A stretch of 64,000 bases of DNA, from assembly GCF_018977255.1 (NCBI RefSeq), contig NW_024704742.1:116562001-116626000 (forward strand), given 5' to 3'. The stretch is from Callorhinchus milii (lineage: Eukaryota). The notes beneath the pieces are model-generated. The model did not search any database. It had not been told where the DNA came from and saw nothing but the letters and a program-made list of their open reading frames with translations. Positions 59,801 to 64,000 of this stretch are shown piece by piece. Within the stretch, counting starts at the first letter, position 1. The number at the start of each line of letters is the position of its first letter. Made by a program: the position numbers and the translations under genes.

Positions 59801-62800
59801 TCATTGTCAGCACCCTGCGCGAGGGAGGGAGGAAATAAGCCAGGTTCCCATTGCAAAAGCTTGCACTACAGCAAAGTGGTGAGCATGTGGAGATCAAGCA
59901 GGGACAGGTTCAGACTCACCTGTGATGCTTCCTTGAAGAGCTCGAACTGAACTCACGTGTGAAGAATAAAAATTGACCATTCACTAGTGGCTATTGTGGG
60001 ACATGGCTGTGCGCAAAATTGGCTGCTGCATTCATCCACAAAACACACAGTCACTGCATGTTACAGTATATATATCATGTGAAGCGCTTTGAGACGTGCT
60101 CCCAACACAAAAGGCGCTATACCAAATAGAAGTTTTAGTACTAACACTTGGTCAAACTATCAGTATCAGCAATAGTCTGCTACGATCACCAGACAAAAGA
60201 CAAGTTTTTAAAAAAAAAAATTTCTTAACTATAAGTGGTGGTGATGGCTGTTTCGACGCCATCAACTCAGAGAGAGACAAAAGTCTGCATAGACCTGTCG
60301 GCAGGTTAAGGATTAATAAATCACCACACATTTACAGAGAATCGGTTGTGCAGGAGTCGACATTCAATATGAAAGTTAGAAAGGCCTTTCCCCCACACCT
60401 TCACAGGCTAAGTGTAGCTAATTGACTCATCATTTAGATGTGAAACAGCCGCGTCAGGAGCCAGCATGAGAACAAGTTAAAATAATAATAATCCTTGCAT
60501 TTGATATAGCGCTTTTCATGTCTTCTAGACGTCTCAAAGCGCTTCACAGAATATGCTGCAAAGTGAATTGACCGCATACCTGTGGGTGAAACACGGCAGC
60601 CAATTGCTGTCAATAGGTCGAAGCCCAGAAGTTAAAGACATTTATGAAGGATATTGGACCTGAATTATACTGCAAGAAATGTCAGCCTTTAGGGAGCAAC
60701 ACCAGAGCCTGCATAGATGTCCATTTAACACACACTCAATTACCTGTTCAAAGGCTCCTCAGGCACCTCTAATGTGCTGGGCTCCTCTTCGTTATTCAGA
60801 GGCTTTTGTTCAGGCTCGATCAGTTGTTTCTCTACTTTGGGCCGTTTGGATCGACTACTCCTTCCTCGCTTACTAACCGGTGGCCTTGTGAGCTCTGGTG
60901 AAGGTCAACAGAAATATTTCAGTAGAACATCAGAAACCTCAACCTTCAGATAAGAATTCCCAAAATTGGGAATACAGGGCTTCCCTGATAGAACATGCCC
61001 CGGTTGAGGTGGGTTCACTTGCATCTATACTGTGCCAAATCAGAACACCCATCTTTGGCACTGAAAAGTGACTGACCTTCACAAGCTAAGGTGTGAAGCC
61101 AGGTCGTTGCTGACAGCATTTCCTATGAGTATGGTGCAGAAAGACTTGCCAATGTCTCTTCCTGTGCACTTGCGTCCTGTGGGCAGGAAGTAAGATCTGC
61201 TGCGACCCAACAACCTAGATGTCGGTCACTTTTCCTCCCTGTGTTATAAGGCAATTCCCGAGATACTGGACCTATCCAACCACATTATAATTGAGTTGCT
61301 CTGAACACTGTGAAGGACTAAAACCGCCCCCTTTCTAATCACCCAATTTAGCAATAAAAACAGCTTAAAAATAAGACCTCCAACACCTTACATATTCCCC
61401 CTTCAGCTGCCCCAGGCTCAGGCCCATCCCTCTCCAGTGCTCCTGACAGAAAGCTAGCAGGGCCTCCAACAGAGTCCACATTCCCCAATATATGTACAAT
61501 CCTCCACATGAGCCAGTTCCCAAGAATGTACCTTCAAACACACTTGAAGAGGCAACCGGGAACTCTCTGGAAACGTAGGCATCAGTCTAAAAGAAATTTA
61601 AAAACTATCAAAAACTTTCCAAGTTTAAAAAATAATTTGTATTTTTATTATTGTGTTTCTAAAAGCCTTTGAATAATTGCATCCCATAAAACACAAGTCT
61701 GGAAAAATTCCAGTGGAAATAAGAAGAGATATTTCACAAAAGGAATTCAAAGGATGAGGCATTTGATCTTATATCAATCTACTGTATCTAATAGGGAGTT
61801 TAGGAGGAACTTCTTCATACGTAGAATTGTGAGAATGTGGACCTCATCATTGGAACTTGATGCATTCTTGAGGGAGAAGGGAATGGAGGAGTACAGCTTG
61901 GGAAGGGATGTGTGACCAAGCTGTGGGCAGGAAGATGGTGATAATTTAATCCTGAGCTGTGTTACCCACCAGGAATTTTACAGGATTCTACCTGCCATCT
62001 ACCTGGTGAGGGCTCAAACCCACACTTGTCGGATGTCAAATGACCAACAAGTGACTCTCCTCCTGGGGGTGGGTGGGGGGTGAGGTAAGCAGAATCTCCT
62101 TGGAGCTGAACGGACTCCAAGGCAACTAGCTTGACAGAATGTCGAAATCAAGCCAGCCCTCTGATGTCCATTCCTGAGCTTGGCAGTGTCTGCAGTACCT
62201 CAGAGCACTGCTGATGCCAGCACAGCCAGACTGGCTTATCCCCATTCACTGGGGGCAGGGACTCTTCCCACTCAGCTCCTGTTAACCCAGCAAGCCAAAT
62301 CCCTAACAGGTAGGGTGGTCCAAGCTGAACAAGCAGTAGGAAAGCTTGCTCTCAATGGCAAGCTATGTGGGTTTAGCTGGTTAGACTCCAGCAGTACCCC
62401 AACACACATTCTGGTGTCCCCAAGCCTTGGCTCTTGCCAACCTGCACCTAATACTCTCCAGAATTCGTTAAGTAGGATGTGTCCCTCCAGGGAGAGAGTG
62501 TGCATTCCATTCCAAAAAAAATCTCTGGAATTTCCAAGTATAGATGGGATGCACGGAACGGTTGTTTGCTATTGATACTCAAAATGAGTTTCCACATGTG
62601 GTCAGACACGCAGCTGACCAAAAAAGGAAAGCTTGATGCTGTGATGGGGGTATTTTGAAAGGATGAGATCAAATGGGTCAAAGGGCCTACTTTATCCGAA
62701 CCGCTCAAGTTGTGAGACTACACTGGGAGACACGCCCCCCCATTTCCTCAACTTTAGATCACTGCGAGTCTACATCAGCTATTCTGTATGAATTGGAAAA

Positions 62801-62943
62801 GGGACCTACAGATAGTTCCATTGTTTTTGGCTCATTCTCCATTTCTTCTGTCAGTTGGGTTTGAAGTTCACTCTCAGCTACGGGCAGGGATAGAGTCTCC
62901 TCACTTGCTGCTTGTTGCTGATCAGCCTGTGCAATGTCCATGT
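53280..62943 (-). CDS. FAM169A: FAM169A (soluble lamin-associated protein of 75 kDa), 3' part; 5' exons lie beyond the window
   Basis: complement join 62810-62943, 61532-61586, 60744-60894, 59416-59575, 56014-56433, 53280-53837; phase-consistent and acidic; C-terminus EVPVVDRRNLRRKGKANKGPPKKRSKVAA* matches my recollection of the FAM169A end; tail-to-tail with NSA2. Confidence 0.88.
54320..54740 (-). mobile_element. degenerate L2 3' fragment
   Basis: GGRAFSHS / HLKNHLFNC translation, caacaacaa tail. Confidence 0.7.
55097..55232. repeat. degenerate ~35-bp minisatellite (~4 units)
   Basis: atcc..tttaaa.ccctcctcac.cattaatgt repeated. Confidence 0.7.
56014..56433 (-). CDS. FAM169A: FAM169A Glu-rich exon
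   Basis: tctag acceptor, GAG|gtattg donor, 420 nt open frame (EPETVNGEVTDE...). Confidence 0.88.
57384..58235 (-). mobile_element. Penelope-like element 3' fragment (GIY-YIG endonuclease and terminal repeat)
   Basis: ORF 57895-58263: PCQRRRCNTCP...TCTTTNIVYCIRCSRFGLLCIGETKRRLGDRFAQH; terminus has a hammerhead-like motif. Confidence 0.88.
58359..58554 (-). mobile_element. L2 3' UTR fragment (young family)
   Basis: matches 3889-4085. Confidence 0.88.
58690..59020 (+). mobile_element. degenerate L2 3' fragment
   Basis: ggtggccttgccttcagccac...cacctgaagaccttcattttcaaccgcgcc...gcaagttgttgttg. Confidence 0.75.
59416..59575 (-). CDS. FAM169A: FAM169A exon (TEPNTEETENTAQTMEEQEECPV...EQEADE)
   Basis: ttcttcctag acceptor, GAG|gtgagg donor, phase 2 to 0. 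Confidence 0.8.
60744..60894 (-). CDS. FAM169A: FAM169A exon (LTRPPVSKRGRSSRSKRPKVEKQ...)
   Basis: basic KRPK motif; AG|gtaatt donor; phase 1 to 2. Confidence 0.83.
61532..61586 (-). CDS. FAM169A: FAM169A small exon (TDAYVSREFPVASSSVFE)
   Basis: strong tttcttttag acceptor, G|gtacat donor; bridges phase 0 to 1 between neighbours. Confidence 0.72.
62810..62943 (-). CDS. FAM169A: FAM169A exon (DMDIAQADQQQAASEE...KTMELS)
   Basis: ttctgcag acceptor, TCT|gtaggt donor; ORF 62759-62974. Confidence 0.75.
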
Positions 62944-64000
62944 CTGCAGAATGCAGCAAAGGCAAAAGAAACATCCGATTAATAATACTCTACAGAGGAC
63001 AGCATTCAGCCAACTTACTCAGAACCAGAAAAACACACAAAAATCTCTGCAGTGTAATATCAAAAAATATAAACCTGAACTCTTTAGGAGAAAAATCTCA
63101 AATTATTCCCATTAATGATTACCCCGCTCATCCTCAAACAAATCCCCTCCTCACCCAAAAAGAAAGTATATTCAAATGCTGGTCAGAATTTAAAATCAAA
63201 GTGTTTCCATCTTTGGATATGAGATGGAGACTGAAATGTAAGCAAATTCAGGATATCAGCAAAGCAATAACAGTCAGAGGCAAAGAATATTGTGGTTATG
63301 GTTATTTTCTGGTCAGCCAGGTATCTCACACATGTGGAAACCCATCACCATGCTTAACAGTAGTGATGGAGTGTTCCCAAGCTTGTGTTAAAAGCTTGAA
63401 GATTGTGGGTGGAGGGGAAGATTGAGGAACGGAAGCTGCTCCACTGTCTTCAGGCCCTGGAAAGAAGAATTTGGAGAATGAAATAGTACAAATGAGTTGA
63501 TTCTATGAGAATTACTGTATTAAACTCAAGCCTTAGAAATAGCGAAATAACCAACTTATCCAGGTCACTATTAGTATGGCTGCTGGGATATTGCATGGTT
63601 TCAGAGACTCTCAATAGTTAATCTGTTACAAGTGTTAGGGCTTATCTCAGGAGCTAAGAACTGGAGTTAGAGTGACCATGAAACGTTGAGCATACACAGA
63701 GAATGTTAGAGAATATGGGAAAAGTAATAAAGAATCACACACATACATTACTGGAAACAAGAAAACGAGAAGGGAAATGATCATTACGCCAAATCCCTCA
63801 ATTAAAAGCAAAGGTCCTTCATGAATTTATAATAATCCTTGCATTTGATATAGCGCTTTTCACGTCTTTTCACTTCATTGAGATGTATCAAAGTGCTTCA
63901 CAGAAAATATTGTAAAGTGTAGTGACTGTATTTTGTGGGCGAAATTTAGGCAAGAACACAAGGAGAGGTTATCCTGGATAAAGTGCGCTATATAAATGCA

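Overview
Eukaryotic (vertebrate) genomic DNA, most likely a cartilaginous fish; the repeat content (tRNA-head DeuSINE-type SINEs, L2, CR1, Penelope-like) resembles a chimaera or shark, which is an inference. The window holds the conserved (HEXB)-GFM2-NSA2-FAM169A block. GFM2 (mitochondrial EF-G2/RRF2mt) is complete on the - strand: 20 coding exons, 28829->5405, 776 aa, all GT-AG and phase-consistent. NSA2 is complete on the + strand: 7 exons, 31311->42337, 260 aa, head-to-head with GFM2 across a CpG-rich bidirectional promoter (~30940-31440). The 3' part of FAM169A lies on the - strand (62943->53280). Most notable: (1) where HEXB's last exons should be there are only degenerate remnants, a candidate HEXB pseudogene; (2) a ~200-bp palindrome from a Penelope-like terminus carries minimal hammerhead-ribozyme motifs, with a related copy next to a GIY-YIG Penelope fragment; (3) short uORFs precede both genes of the bidirectional pair; (4) NSA2 may have one more intron than human; (5) a candidate 27-nt FAM169A micro-exon; (6) an unexplained ~23-nt motif dispersed three times. 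Exon boundaries were read by eye, repeat boundaries are approximate, and comparisons to human genes are from memory with no searches run.
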